From: Promethearchaeia archaeon
Lineage (GTDB): Archaea; Asgardarchaeota; Lokiarchaeia; Sigyniarchaeales; SOKP01
Length of the DNA stretch: 32,488 bases
Direction of reading: 5' to 3'
Assembly: GCA_029856295.1 (NCBI GenBank)
Contig: JAHQWS010000204.1
Span: 1-32,488 of the forward strand
In this document: positions 18,214 through 27,420 of the stretch, one piece after another
Layout: each line of letters opens with the position of its first letter
Position numbering within the stretch: position 1 is the stretch's first letter
Translations under genes and position numbers: made by a program
Notes under the pieces: generated by a model
Database searches by the model: none
Seen by the model: only the letters and a program-made list of their open reading frames with translations
What the model was told of the DNA's origin: nothing

Positions 18214-19452
18214 TTAGCCATAATGCTTCTCTTCTTCATGATCCTCAGCTATAGCATCTTGCTCTATGTCTCTGCCAAGCCATTTTTCGCTTAAAAATTC
18301 TTTATACCATTCATGCTGGATGATAAGGCTCATAATCTCATTGGTCCCCGTCCATATCATCCCAATTCGGCAATCGCGGAGTAACCTTTCAATTGGATAA
18401 ACAGTAGTGTACCCTATTCCAGCCACAATCTGCATAGCATTATTAATTACTTTCCAACAGGCTTCAGTTGAGAACTTTTTAGATTCAGAAACTAATCTTC
18501 TCTGCAAAGCAGGAGGAGCTCCGGCATCTATGCTTCTTGCGGTGTTGTAAACGATTGCTCTAGTTGCATCTAATAACGTGCAATTTTCAGCGACCAAAAA
18601 ACTTACAGCTTGAAATCTATTTATAGTTTGACCAAATGCTTTTCTTTTTGTACTATATTTAGTGGAAATCCTATGACATGCTCTAGCAAGCCCAATCAGC
18701 CCAGACGCCGTGGTAAGACGTTCGGGGACCATCATCTGATAAAAGATTTTTCCTCCTGCTCCTTCCCCTAATATAATGTTTTCTTTAGGAACCTCACAAT
18801 CTTTAAACACCAGTCTTCCAGTCCCTCCCCCGCGAGTTCCCATTAAACCGTAAATATATGCCGATTCTACCGCATCAGATCTATCCACAACAAAAAGACT
18901 TAAAGATTCGTGAGGAGGTGCATTAGGATTTGTTTTTGCGTAAACTAAGAAGAAATCAGCACCTTCGGCGCCTACTACAAACCTTTTTTCCCCATTTAAT
19001 ATGTAATGATCACCCTCCTTCACAGCAGTGCAAGTGGCTCCAAAGAAATCAGAACCTCCTCTCGGTTCCGTGAGTGCCTCAGCGCAAAATTTTTTACCCT
19101 CACACAGAGGTTTGAGGTATCTTTGTTTTTGGTCTTCATTACCAAAATGATGAAACGCTTCACCGCATATGCTAGTTATGGAGAATAAACACGCAAGCGA
19201 ACTTCCGAGTACTCCGATCTCTTCTTGGGCAATGATTTCAGCTTCCCAATTTAATCCACGACCTCCAAATTCTTTTGGAAACCGTATTCCGATTAAATTT
19301 TGTTTTGCTAATGCCTGAATAAACTCGCCAGGATATTGAACTTCGTCATTGTCCATTTTTCTTAATAATGAGGGGGGAACCTCATTTTTCACAAATTCTC
19401 GAACTTCTTCCTTAAATTTCTTGTTTTCTTCACTCAATAAATAATCATACAT
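18214..19452 (-). CDS. Acyl-CoA dehydrogenase
   Basis: ALTEPRGGSD, LNGEKRFV, RKAFGQTI, QIVAGIGY and IWTGTNEI. The usual catalytic Glu of (Y/F)EGT is replaced by Thr, so the base may be the ERL Glu, as in LCAD/IVD types (inference). Confidence 0.92.
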   Translation of the reverse strand: MYDYLLSEENKKFKEEVREFVKNEVPPSLLRKMDNDEVQYPGEFIQALAKQNLIGIRFPKEFGGRGLNWEAEIIAQEEIGVLGSSLACLFSITSICGEAFHHFGNEDQKQRYLKPLCEGKKFCAEALTEPRGGSDFFGATCTAVKEGDHYILNGEKRFVVGAEGADFFLVYAKTNPNAPPHESLSLFVVDRSDAVESAYIYGLMGTRGGGTGRLVFKDCEVPKENIILGEGAGGKIFYQMMVPERLTTASGLIGLARACHRISTKYSTKRKAFGQTINRFQAVSFLVAENCTLLDATRAIVYNTARSIDAGAPPALQRRLVSESKKFSTEACWKVINNAMQIVAGIGYTTVYPIERLLRDCRIGMIWTGTNEIMSLIIQHEWYKEFLSEKWLGRDIEQDAIAEDHEEEKHYG

Positions 19453-19571
19453 TATTAAATCACTTTTAAAGAATCCTTTATTATTAACTATTTCAAGAAA
19501 CTAATCTTCTATTGAAAAAATATCTTACTAAATTAAACTAGAAGTATTAGTTTAAATTAATTTCACATTAT

Positions 19572-19611
19572 TTAGAAAGTTCGTGAAACACTCATTTCAC
19601 GGTTTTTCTAA
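19572..19611. repeat. Interrupted inverted repeat (7-3-7 arms, 6-nt loop) upstream of the acyl-CoA dehydrogenase
   Basis: TTAGAAA-GTT-CGTGAAA cactca TTTCACG-GTT-TTTCTAA. Confidence 0.6.
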
Positions 19612-19713
19612 CATGTTAGGATATTATATAGATATAAAAAGAATTAAATTTCAAAAGTTTCCTTTGTTTTCTCCTCAATTATCGATCAGGTCAATATCGC
19701 TTTTAATAGTAAA

Positions 19714-20862
19714 CTATTCCTCAATTTCAAATTTAACTTTTAAATAATTATATTTGGAATTAAGCAGCACTAATATTTTATGGGCAAATTTCCTAAGATT
19801 TGCAGCATGGATCGGCTTTTCTTCGGCTTCTTGATGAAAAAAATCATGAAGCATTTTTCTCGTTTCCTCCTCTCCATTATTTTCGAGAAATGCTTCCCAA
19901 TGGATAGAAGTTCTACATATCCACTTTAATTTCTCATCCGGATGCTTTCCTTTATCAAAAATGAGGTCATTATATTTTTTTAATGCCCCGCTTACCCTCT
20001 CGAGATGGTCTGCAATTGCCAGGGAGGACCGGCATAAACTAATTAAGTTAGAAGTTGTCCTTGAATTTCTTGTGTTTGCAGCTTCCTCGAAAGCAGACCA
20101 CGCTTGTATCCATTCATCCTTATGTTTTCCCGTAATTCCATCGTTAACCATTGCTATATTAATAATATCGCTGATATCCACATCATGACCTCTTTTTATT
20201 TTTTTTGCGAAAATTTCTTTTAGACTCGATCCTTCGAGATATGCCCCTGCGCCGAAATCTAGCAATTGATTTAAGTTGTTAGCAGCAAAAAGAACATTGT
20301 GTCTAGTTTTTTTTTTATCGCGATTAACCCATTCAATCTTTTTTTCCCATTCACCGTCTTGGTTTTTTATAAAACTACAGTTTTTTAGCGTAGAATCTAA
20401 TAGTGAGGTTTGAAATGTCCAAAAATCTATATCGTCGGTAAATCTCTTTCTTCTCCAGTCTCTTGTGGTATATTTCCCTAAATACAGCTTCAGGGTCCCT
20501 CTCACCAATGCAAATTTGCCGTGTTTCAGCGCATCACGAGCATCTTCGCAGTAGTGGTGATTTGGATCGTTGGAACAAGCTACTAATTCATTAAGAACTT
20601 TTCTCGCATGACTTGATACTATATCGCAGGGAATACTTCCATCAGAGGGGTATTCCCGTGATCCGCCTTCTACAAACTTTTCAAATAATTCATAATCATC
20701 TTCAGGGATGGCATACCATTTATTATTAAACAAAATTTTACTAAAAACATAATGAGTATATCCCTCCTCATCTTTCCGTGTTTTACCTGTTATGGATGAA
20801 ATATCTCTTAAGTTGTCTCCATCTGATACAACATCGGCTTTAGTGTCCCAAATTCCATTCAT
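19714..20862 (-). CDS. Hypothetical protein, possible nucleotidyltransferase fold
   Basis: 382-aa ORF; LVRGTLKLYLG...RFTDDIDFW and KKIKRGHDVDISD resemble AbiEii/DUF6036-type NTase motifs. Confidence 0.6.
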   Translation of the reverse strand: MNGIWDTKADVVSDGDNLRDISSITGKTRKDEEGYTHYVFSKILFNNKWYAIPEDDYELFEKFVEGGSREYPSDGSIPCDIVSSHARKVLNELVACSNDPNHHYCEDARDALKHGKFALVRGTLKLYLGKYTTRDWRRKRFTDDIDFWTFQTSLLDSTLKNCSFIKNQDGEWEKKIEWVNRDKKKTRHNVLFAANNLNQLLDFGAGAYLEGSSLKEIFAKKIKRGHDVDISDIINIAMVNDGITGKHKDEWIQAWSAFEEAANTRNSRTTSNLISLCRSSLAIADHLERVSGALKKYNDLIFDKGKHPDEKLKWICRTSIHWEAFLENNGEEETRKMLHDFFHQEAEEKPIHAANLRKFAHKILVLLNSKYNYLKVKFEIEE

Positions 20863-21018
20863 AAAATTATCTAGCTCAATCTATCTCTAATCAGAAAAAA
20901 ACTAATTTGGCTTTTAAATCTATTTTTTATATTTTAAATCAATCTAATAATATAAAAAAATTAATTATAGCGTAACTAATTAATGAGTAAATAGAATTAT
21001 AAAATAATTGGTAAAAAA

Positions 21019-22239
21019 TTGTTTCAAATCACGGAACCACTCATTTACTATAAAACTTCCGAAATTATGGAAGAATTGGAAGAAAATTCAGTCCAATTAA
21101 TCGTAACATCTCCTCCTTACGGTAAAATTAAGGATTATGGTCTTGATAATCAGATTGGTTTTTTTGATTCTTTTGAAGACTATTTTAAAAGGCTTAAAAA
21201 GGTTTGGAAAGAGTGTTATCGTGTTTTGGAACCTAAATGCAGGATGGTAATTAATGTAGGCGACCAATATTTAAGAACTACGCAATACAGTCGTTATCGA
21301 ATACTTTCAATAGCCAGCAGAATAATAAATGACTGTACAGATTTAGGATTGGACTTTTTAGGAGATATCATTTGGCAAAAAATCAGTACAACCAATACTA
21401 CTGGCGGATGCTCTTTAATGGGCTCCATTTATTATCCTAGAAATGGATTATTGACTTACGATTATGAACACATACTTATTTTTAAAAAACATGAGGGTAA
21501 AAAGAAGAAAATAAATCCTCCAATAAAAGAATTGTCTAAAATATCATTGAGTGAATGGAAAAAATGGTATACAGGTCATTGGAGATTTCCAGGAATCGTT
21601 CAAAAAGAGCATATTGCAATGTTTCCAGAAGAATTACCATATAGGATCATTCGAATGTTTTCATTTATTGGAGATAACATCTTAGATCCTTTCGTGGGTA
21701 GCGGAACAACTCTGAAAGTCGCGAAAGCCCTATTTAGAAAAGGTATAGGTTATGAAATCAACGAGAATTTTAAACCCATTATAGAGAAAAAGATCTTCGA
21801 AGCAAATGAAGGAATTTATAAAGATTTCCAATATTTATTATATAAAATTTATCAAAAGGGATTATCCGAAGATATACAATTTAATTTTGAAAAACAAAAG
21901 CAGAAAGGCATTGTAATTTTAAAAGATAAAGAAAATTCGGAGATTGTATTAGATTATCTATTATTGGAAGATGAAATGATTAATAATGAAAAAATTTTTA
22001 AAGAGTTCAAATCTAAATTTGAAGAAAACACCATTCAATACTATTTAAAAGAAAAAGAAGGATGGAATTCTTATCATAATTACATAATTGTTGTGAATGC
22101 TCATAAATCGACCAAAAATGAAATTATAAATATTGGAAAAAACCAGCTGAATGATCTTGGAATTTCTAAAAAATTCCAAATTATATTCATAGATGATATA
22201 ATTTCTGATAATTTTCATATTAATCAAATTTTTAAATAA
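21019..22239 (+). CDS. N4-cytosine/N6-adenine DNA methyltransferase (beta class) with C-terminal extension
   Basis: Motif IV VTSPPY precedes motif I ILDPFVGSGTT; also IIWQK, HIAMFPEELP and GYEIN. Confidence 0.88.
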   Translation: MFQITEPLIYYKTSEIMEELEENSVQLIVTSPPYGKIKDYGLDNQIGFFDSFEDYFKRLKKVWKECYRVLEPKCRMVINVGDQYLRTTQYSRYRILSIASRIINDCTDLGLDFLGDIIWQKISTTNTTGGCSLMGSIYYPRNGLLTYDYEHILIFKKHEGKKKKINPPIKELSKISLSEWKKWYTGHWRFPGIVQKEHIAMFPEELPYRIIRMFSFIGDNILDPFVGSGTTLKVAKALFRKGIGYEINENFKPIIEKKIFEANEGIYKDFQYLLYKIYQKGLSEDIQFNFEKQKQKGIVILKDKENSEIVLDYLLLEDEMINNEKIFKEFKSKFEENTIQYYLKEKEGWNSYHNYIIVVNAHKSTKNEIINIGKNQLNDLGISKKFQIIFIDDIISDNFHINQIFK

Positions 22240-22286
22240 TTTATTTGCAAAATGAATTTATTTTAGCCAAATACTTATGTAATATA

Positions 22287-22958
22287 ATGACAGATTTTTT
22301 TATGGTATATACAGAAACACCCTGGGATAATCTAAATACAAATCAGCTAGCCCAGATAAGAATCCTCTCTTTAAAAAGCATTTTTAAGTCATTTCCCGTT
22401 ATTGAACCCTCATTTTTTGATGATTTGAATTCCAAAATTATTGAGTATAATCATTATATGTGGGCTCAGAGCATTAAGAGGATTATTGGACCCAAAAACG
22501 AGGATTATGAAATAGCTAACTGGAATTTTGTGTGGGCGTTTGATAATCAGAGAAGGATGTTTCAATTCTTGTTTCAGAAAGTTGAAGAGCAAGGTATTTT
22601 AGTAGGATTAGCTCCACCAGAATTATCAAAACTATTTTCTGAGCATGGAAAAGGGGCAATATTACGAACTCTCTCTATAATAACGAATCCCTCAAAAATT
22701 AAATTCTTAATGGTCCTAGGTCCCAGAGGGAAATCAATTGTCGAGGGGCAACAACTTTTTCAAGCAGATAAAAATTATCTCGAAAAATTAAATTATCTAA
22801 GAACTTTAAAAGATGTCCCTAATATCCAAGGAGCCTGGTATCCTTCCTTTGACCCTAGGTGTCCTGTTTGTAATTCATTTATGTCAGAAATAAAGGATTA
22901 TAAGGTTGGAGTCAGTAAATTAGTATGTCCTCAATGTGGGTATGAGAAAACGAAATAA
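22287..22958 (+). CDS. Hypothetical protein with C-terminal zinc ribbon (ATG 22287; TTG 22245 possible)
   Basis: Long ORF ending CPVC-x15-CPQC. Confidence 0.7.
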   Translation: MTDFFMVYTETPWDNLNTNQLAQIRILSLKSIFKSFPVIEPSFFDDLNSKIIEYNHYMWAQSIKRIIGPKNEDYEIANWNFVWAFDNQRRMFQFLFQKVEEQGILVGLAPPELSKLFSEHGKGAILRTLSIITNPSKIKFLMVLGPRGKSIVEGQQLFQADKNYLEKLNYLRTLKDVPNIQGAWYPSFDPRCPVCNSFMSEIKDYKVGVSKLVCPQCGYEKTK

Positions 22959-23047
22959 ATAAATTTAACCTTTAAAAATCTTAATAATGGTTTTTATAAA
23001 ATCAATAATTATTTTTATATGATTATAAAATAAAAAGAGATGTAAAC

Positions 23048-24580
23048 ATGTACATTGCAGCTTTAGATTTGGGGACCACCGGATGCAGGACATTCATCTT
23101 TAATTTAGTGGGAGATGTTATAGCAAGTGATTATCAAGAATGGGAAAGCTTTTACCCAACCCCGTCTTCTGTAGAGCAAGATGCGAATTCATGGTGGGAT
23201 TCTATTAAAAAAACGATAGAAGCGGCAATTAAAAAAAGCGGCATCGATAAAAGTGAGATTGTGTCATTATCGGTTACAAACCAGAGAGAAACCATTGTTC
23301 CTGTGGATAAAGAGGGCAATCCCCTCCATAACGCTTTAGTATGGCAGGATAGACGTACCACAGACCAGGTTGAATTTATTAAAAATAAGATAGGAGCAGA
23401 TAAAATATATAAAACGACTGGTTTAACAATAGATCCCTATTTCTCAGCCACCAAAATCCTCTGGTTTAAGGATAAGAGGCCGAATATCTATAATAAAACT
23501 CATAAATTTCTATTAGTCGCTGATTTTATCATTTTTAAGCTAACAGGTAAATTTGTAAGTGATCATAGCAATTTAAGCAGAACTATGTTATTTGATATTA
23601 ATAATTTAAGGTATTCTGAAGATATTGCTTCTGAGATGGGACTTGATTTGGATAAAATGCCCGACCCAGTTGGGTGTGGTGTAGATATTGGAGAAATTAT
23701 TACTGAAGAAACGGACTTTGATAAGAAGACATTAGTAGTCTCTGGTGCCGGAGATCAACAATCTGCCGCATTAGGAGTAGGTGTCATTTCTCCTGGGGAA
23801 ATAAAATGTACAACAGGAACGGGTAGTTTTATTTTAGCCTATTTAAGCGAGCCAAAATTTGATCCAGAGAAAAGAGTTTTGTGTAGCTGTCATGCCATTC
23901 CTGGGGCATGGGTTCAAGAAGCTAGTATCTTTACCTCTGGAGCAGCATTAAGATGGTTCAGAGATCAAGTTGGCCAGCCAGAATGTATAGCTGCCGGAGA
24001 AGGACAAGATCCATACGATATTATGACCGCTGAGGCTGAAAAATCCCCTATAGGGGCAAACGGCTTAATGCTAATTCCGCATTTAATCGGTGCGGGGGCA
24101 CCCCATTGGAATCCCTATGCTAAAGGTATTTTATTTGGGTTATCGCTAGGCCACCAACGGCGAGATCTTTACCGTGCAGTACTTGAAGGCGTCGCCTTTG
24201 AAGTGAAAAAAAATATCCAAGTTTTTAAGGAACTGGGAATTGAACCTAGGGAATTGTTACTTACTGGTGGAGGGTCCCGTTCTGATTTCTGGAATCAAAT
24301 TTATGCGGATGTGTTAGGAATTACATGTGTAAGAAATGTTATTGAAGAAGCTACATCTTTAGGTGCTGCCATATTAGCGGCTTCGGGAGCAGGACTTTTC
24401 CCAGATGTGGCAAAAGCTGCGGAAAATTTATGTAAAGTTGATAAGAAATGGGTTCCTAATGAAAACAATAGCAAATTTTATAAAGAGATGTACAAATTTT
24501 CCTATGATTTATATAATTTATTAAAAAGCAAAAATATGTATAAGAATTTCAATGACTTAAATCAGTTAAAAGATTCCTAA
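23048..24580 (+). CDS. FGGY-family carbohydrate kinase (glycerol kinase/xylulokinase-like)
   Basis: DLGTTG, TNQRET, WQDRRT, DPYFSATKILW, GDQQ, GTGSF, GAPHW and TGGGSRS. Confidence 0.9.
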   Translation: MYIAALDLGTTGCRTFIFNLVGDVIASDYQEWESFYPTPSSVEQDANSWWDSIKKTIEAAIKKSGIDKSEIVSLSVTNQRETIVPVDKEGNPLHNALVWQDRRTTDQVEFIKNKIGADKIYKTTGLTIDPYFSATKILWFKDKRPNIYNKTHKFLLVADFIIFKLTGKFVSDHSNLSRTMLFDINNLRYSEDIASEMGLDLDKMPDPVGCGVDIGEIITEETDFDKKTLVVSGAGDQQSAALGVGVISPGEIKCTTGTGSFILAYLSEPKFDPEKRVLCSCHAIPGAWVQEASIFTSGAALRWFRDQVGQPECIAAGEGQDPYDIMTAEAEKSPIGANGLMLIPHLIGAGAPHWNPYAKGILFGLSLGHQRRDLYRAVLEGVAFEVKKNIQVFKELGIEPRELLLTGGGSRSDFWNQIYADVLGITCVRNVIEEATSLGAAILAASGAGLFPDVAKAAENLCKVDKKWVPNENNSKFYKEMYKFSYDLYNLLKSKNMYKNFNDLNQLKDS

Positions 24581-24798
24581 AAAAATTGTATTTTTTTTTT
24601 ATATTTATTGTATAATTTTACAAGTACTTTCAATTTTAGATATATCTTTCATTTATCGCCTCAAAATATTGAAAACTCCATCTTATTGATTTCAAAAGGA
24701 AAAAATTATTATAATGTATACAATCAATTTTATATATCTTAAATGGTATTCTTTTATTTATAAAACATATTTAAAAAACATATAAATTTGAGAAATTT

Positions 24799-25389
24799 AT
24801 GAATGTAATACGCTTTTCAAAAAAACAAATGTTGGTAGCAACTATTTTTTATATCGCAATAACAATAACCGTAATCGTTATTATTGCAGGGTTAGTATAC
24901 ACATTAGCAGACCTCATTATGGAAACCGGAAAAATGGCATTATTCTTAGGTTTAAATTTTGGTTACCAAATCGCCATCATTGGAACTTTATTAGCAGGGT
25001 TATTCTTCTTAATTGTTTACTTTTTTGGGTTATATAAGAAAGGAAGAACCATGATCTTAAAAAATATTTTCAGGAAAAAACTATTCAATGATAAATATAG
25101 AAATCGGATCGGAGTGAAAATAGCCGCAGGTGCTTTAATGTTTAGCATTTTTGCAATTATCATTGGAATTTTAACTGCTGTTATTTACGATCTCTTTACA
25201 CGTCCAGCAAGTGGAGATAGGGTGACACTTAACACGATATTTGCAGAATTATCGCAAGGACAAATTGTTTTATTTATCGGGATGTTAATGTTATTAATCA
25301 TAGGGCTTTTATTTTTTCTTAATTACCTGTGGTATAATGGATATTACTTGATACTTCGCATGATAAAAGATTTAGAAGAAGAGGATTAA
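24799..25389 (+). CDS. Hypothetical membrane protein, about 4 TM, two repeated halves
   Basis: Four hydrophobic segments; internal duplication visible. Confidence 0.75.
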   Translation: MNVIRFSKKQMLVATIFYIAITITVIVIIAGLVYTLADLIMETGKMALFLGLNFGYQIAIIGTLLAGLFFLIVYFFGLYKKGRTMILKNIFRKKLFNDKYRNRIGVKIAAGALMFSIFAIIIGILTAVIYDLFTRPASGDRVTLNTIFAELSQGQIVLFIGMLMLLIIGLLFFLNYLWYNGYYLILRMIKDLEEED

Positions 25390-25516
25390 ATAAATCACTA
25401 TTTTCTTTTTTCAATATAAGTCAAAAAACTTTTACTCCTATTTTGTTTAAATTCATTCCTTTTTTTATTTTAACTCAAATAGATTGAATTAATGTTTTTT
25501 TAGACTTTAAATTATA

Positions 25517-27037
25517 ATGCCCTCTAAAATTGGTACTATTTTTAATTTTAATCAATTACCAGATGTATCAAAATTTCCCTTTGTTATTAGTAAAAGGAGA
25601 GATAGAGTTTTAGTAAAAAAGGGATTATTTGTGTATACTAAATCAAGTGAGGGTTATTTAATAGGTATAATTGAAAGAATATTAATATTAAATGAATATT
25701 TTTCTGATGCTTTGACTATAAAGTCATATAATAGTAATAATAATCCAAATATATTAAAGGGCTTATTTCCAAGTGAAGACTTTGAATTTGTCACGGCTAT
25801 TGTGAAATGTTTAGGGATAATCCATTTTATAAACGGAAATAATAAGGAGATTAAAACAATTAAAAGAATGTCATATCCCGCAAATCCGGGAGCTGATGTT
25901 TATTTATTAGAAGAAGAGATTTTTAACCAATTCATAGGACTCGATATTAAACGGGGATTACATTTAGGAAATATAAAAGTTTCAAATTTTGACGCAAAAA
26001 TAAACGTGGACCGCTTATTAAATAAGCATTTTGCTATTCTATCAATTTCCGGAGGGGGAAAAAGTTATCTCACATCAATTCTCATAGAAGAATTATTGAC
26101 AAGAGATATGTCCTATGGGAATCCTGCTATAATTTTAATTGATGTTCACGGAGAATATTTATACTTGAAAGATCTACCTAAGATTCAAGATAAGGTGAAA
26201 ATACAGGATATTTCTTATTTTCAAATTTCTGTACCTAATTTAAATGCATGGTGGTTCAGAAAGTATCAGGATCAGATCTCCAATGTTCAGATTAGAGAAC
26301 TTTCTAAATACATTCAAAAACTGAAAAACGATAAAGGGAGAAATGGGAATTACACTTTGCAAGATATTATTGATTATATTGAAAACGAATCTGAGGGTGG
26401 TAAAAGTACTAAACAAGCATTAATTGGCTGGTTATCTGATTTAAATCGACTGACATTATTTGGACCTCAAGAAAACCCATTCATTGCCAATATAGTTAAT
26501 CAAAATCAAATTACGATATTTAACCTTGCAAATGAGATTAGTATAAGAAAAAAACAAATTATTGTCGATTATCTTTGTAATCGATTATTTTATCTAAGGA
26601 GAACCGATAATATTCCCCCTTTCTTATTAATAATGGAAGAGGCTCACCAATTCTGCCCTGAGGCAGCACATTCCAAAGCAATATCTAAATCCATAATAGA
26701 AACTATCGCCAGAGAGGGTAGAAAGTTTATGGCATGCTTATGTTTAATTTCGCAACGACCAAAGAAATTGAGTGCCACTGTTTTATCTCAATTGAATTCA
26801 AAAATGGTTTTGAACATAAAAAATCCATACGATTTAAAACATTTAATGGATAGCTCCGAAGCAATATCTAAAGAGTATGCCGATATGATTTCGAGTTTAG
26901 GAGTAGGTGAGATGCTATTGATCGGAAATGCGGTTAATTACCCTATCTTCATCGATATCAGAGAAAGAAAGTTTAAATCGAAGATTGAAGACCTTTCACT
27001 TACAGATGTTTGCTTAAAATGGGAAAAAACAAGCTAA
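25517..27037 (+). CDS. HerA/DUF87-family ATPase
   Basis: N-terminal HAS-barrel-like region, KHFAILSISGGGKS (Walker A), IDVHGEY, EEAHQF (Walker B), IAREGRKF and SQRP. Confidence 0.87.
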   Translation: MPSKIGTIFNFNQLPDVSKFPFVISKRRDRVLVKKGLFVYTKSSEGYLIGIIERILILNEYFSDALTIKSYNSNNNPNILKGLFPSEDFEFVTAIVKCLGIIHFINGNNKEIKTIKRMSYPANPGADVYLLEEEIFNQFIGLDIKRGLHLGNIKVSNFDAKINVDRLLNKHFAILSISGGGKSYLTSILIEELLTRDMSYGNPAIILIDVHGEYLYLKDLPKIQDKVKIQDISYFQISVPNLNAWWFRKYQDQISNVQIRELSKYIQKLKNDKGRNGNYTLQDIIDYIENESEGGKSTKQALIGWLSDLNRLTLFGPQENPFIANIVNQNQITIFNLANEISIRKKQIIVDYLCNRLFYLRRTDNIPPFLLIMEEAHQFCPEAAHSKAISKSIIETIAREGRKFMACLCLISQRPKKLSATVLSQLNSKMVLNIKNPYDLKHLMDSSEAISKEYADMISSLGVGEMLLIGNAVNYPIFIDIRERKFKSKIEDLSLTDVCLKWEKTS

Positions 27038-27306
27038 AGTAGGTCTTCCATTAATTTACTACTAATCTTTTCATTGTGTTTATTGAGAACGATCATCTTT
27101 TTATTCTTAGAAACTCTGAATACATTTATAATATTCATAGATTCTAATTTCATAAAGGTTTCTTCTAAATACAATGAATTGACAAAAGGAAATTCTTTTT
27201 TAAGTAATTCTTCCATTCTCTTATCCATTACCTCTCCTTTATTTCTTACAAGGATATCAATTATTGAGTTTAAAATCGGTTTTTGATTCCAACGATGTGC
27301 TTCTAT
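27034..27306 (-). CDS. Small winged-helix-like protein; probable start ATA at 27306 (90 aa); ORF-track ATG at 27228
   Basis: Frame is open 26 codons upstream of the called ATG: IEAHRWNQKPILNSIIDILVRNKGEV-MDKR...FMKLESMNIINV. AGGTGA lies 6 nt before ATA; in-frame TGA just upstream. Confidence 0.65.
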   Translation of the reverse strand: MEAHRWNQKPILNSIIDILVRNKGEVMDKRMEELLKKEFPFVNSLYLEETFMKLESMNIINVFRVSKNKKMIVLNKHNEKISSKLMEDLL

Positions 27307-27420
27307 AAGTTTTCACCTTATTGTTTTAATTTTTTAGGTTTTTTATAATTTATTAGTCAAAAAAAAAGAAAATTCAAGTTATCACGATTAATATTTTCTT
27401 TATAATTAATATTTTTAATA

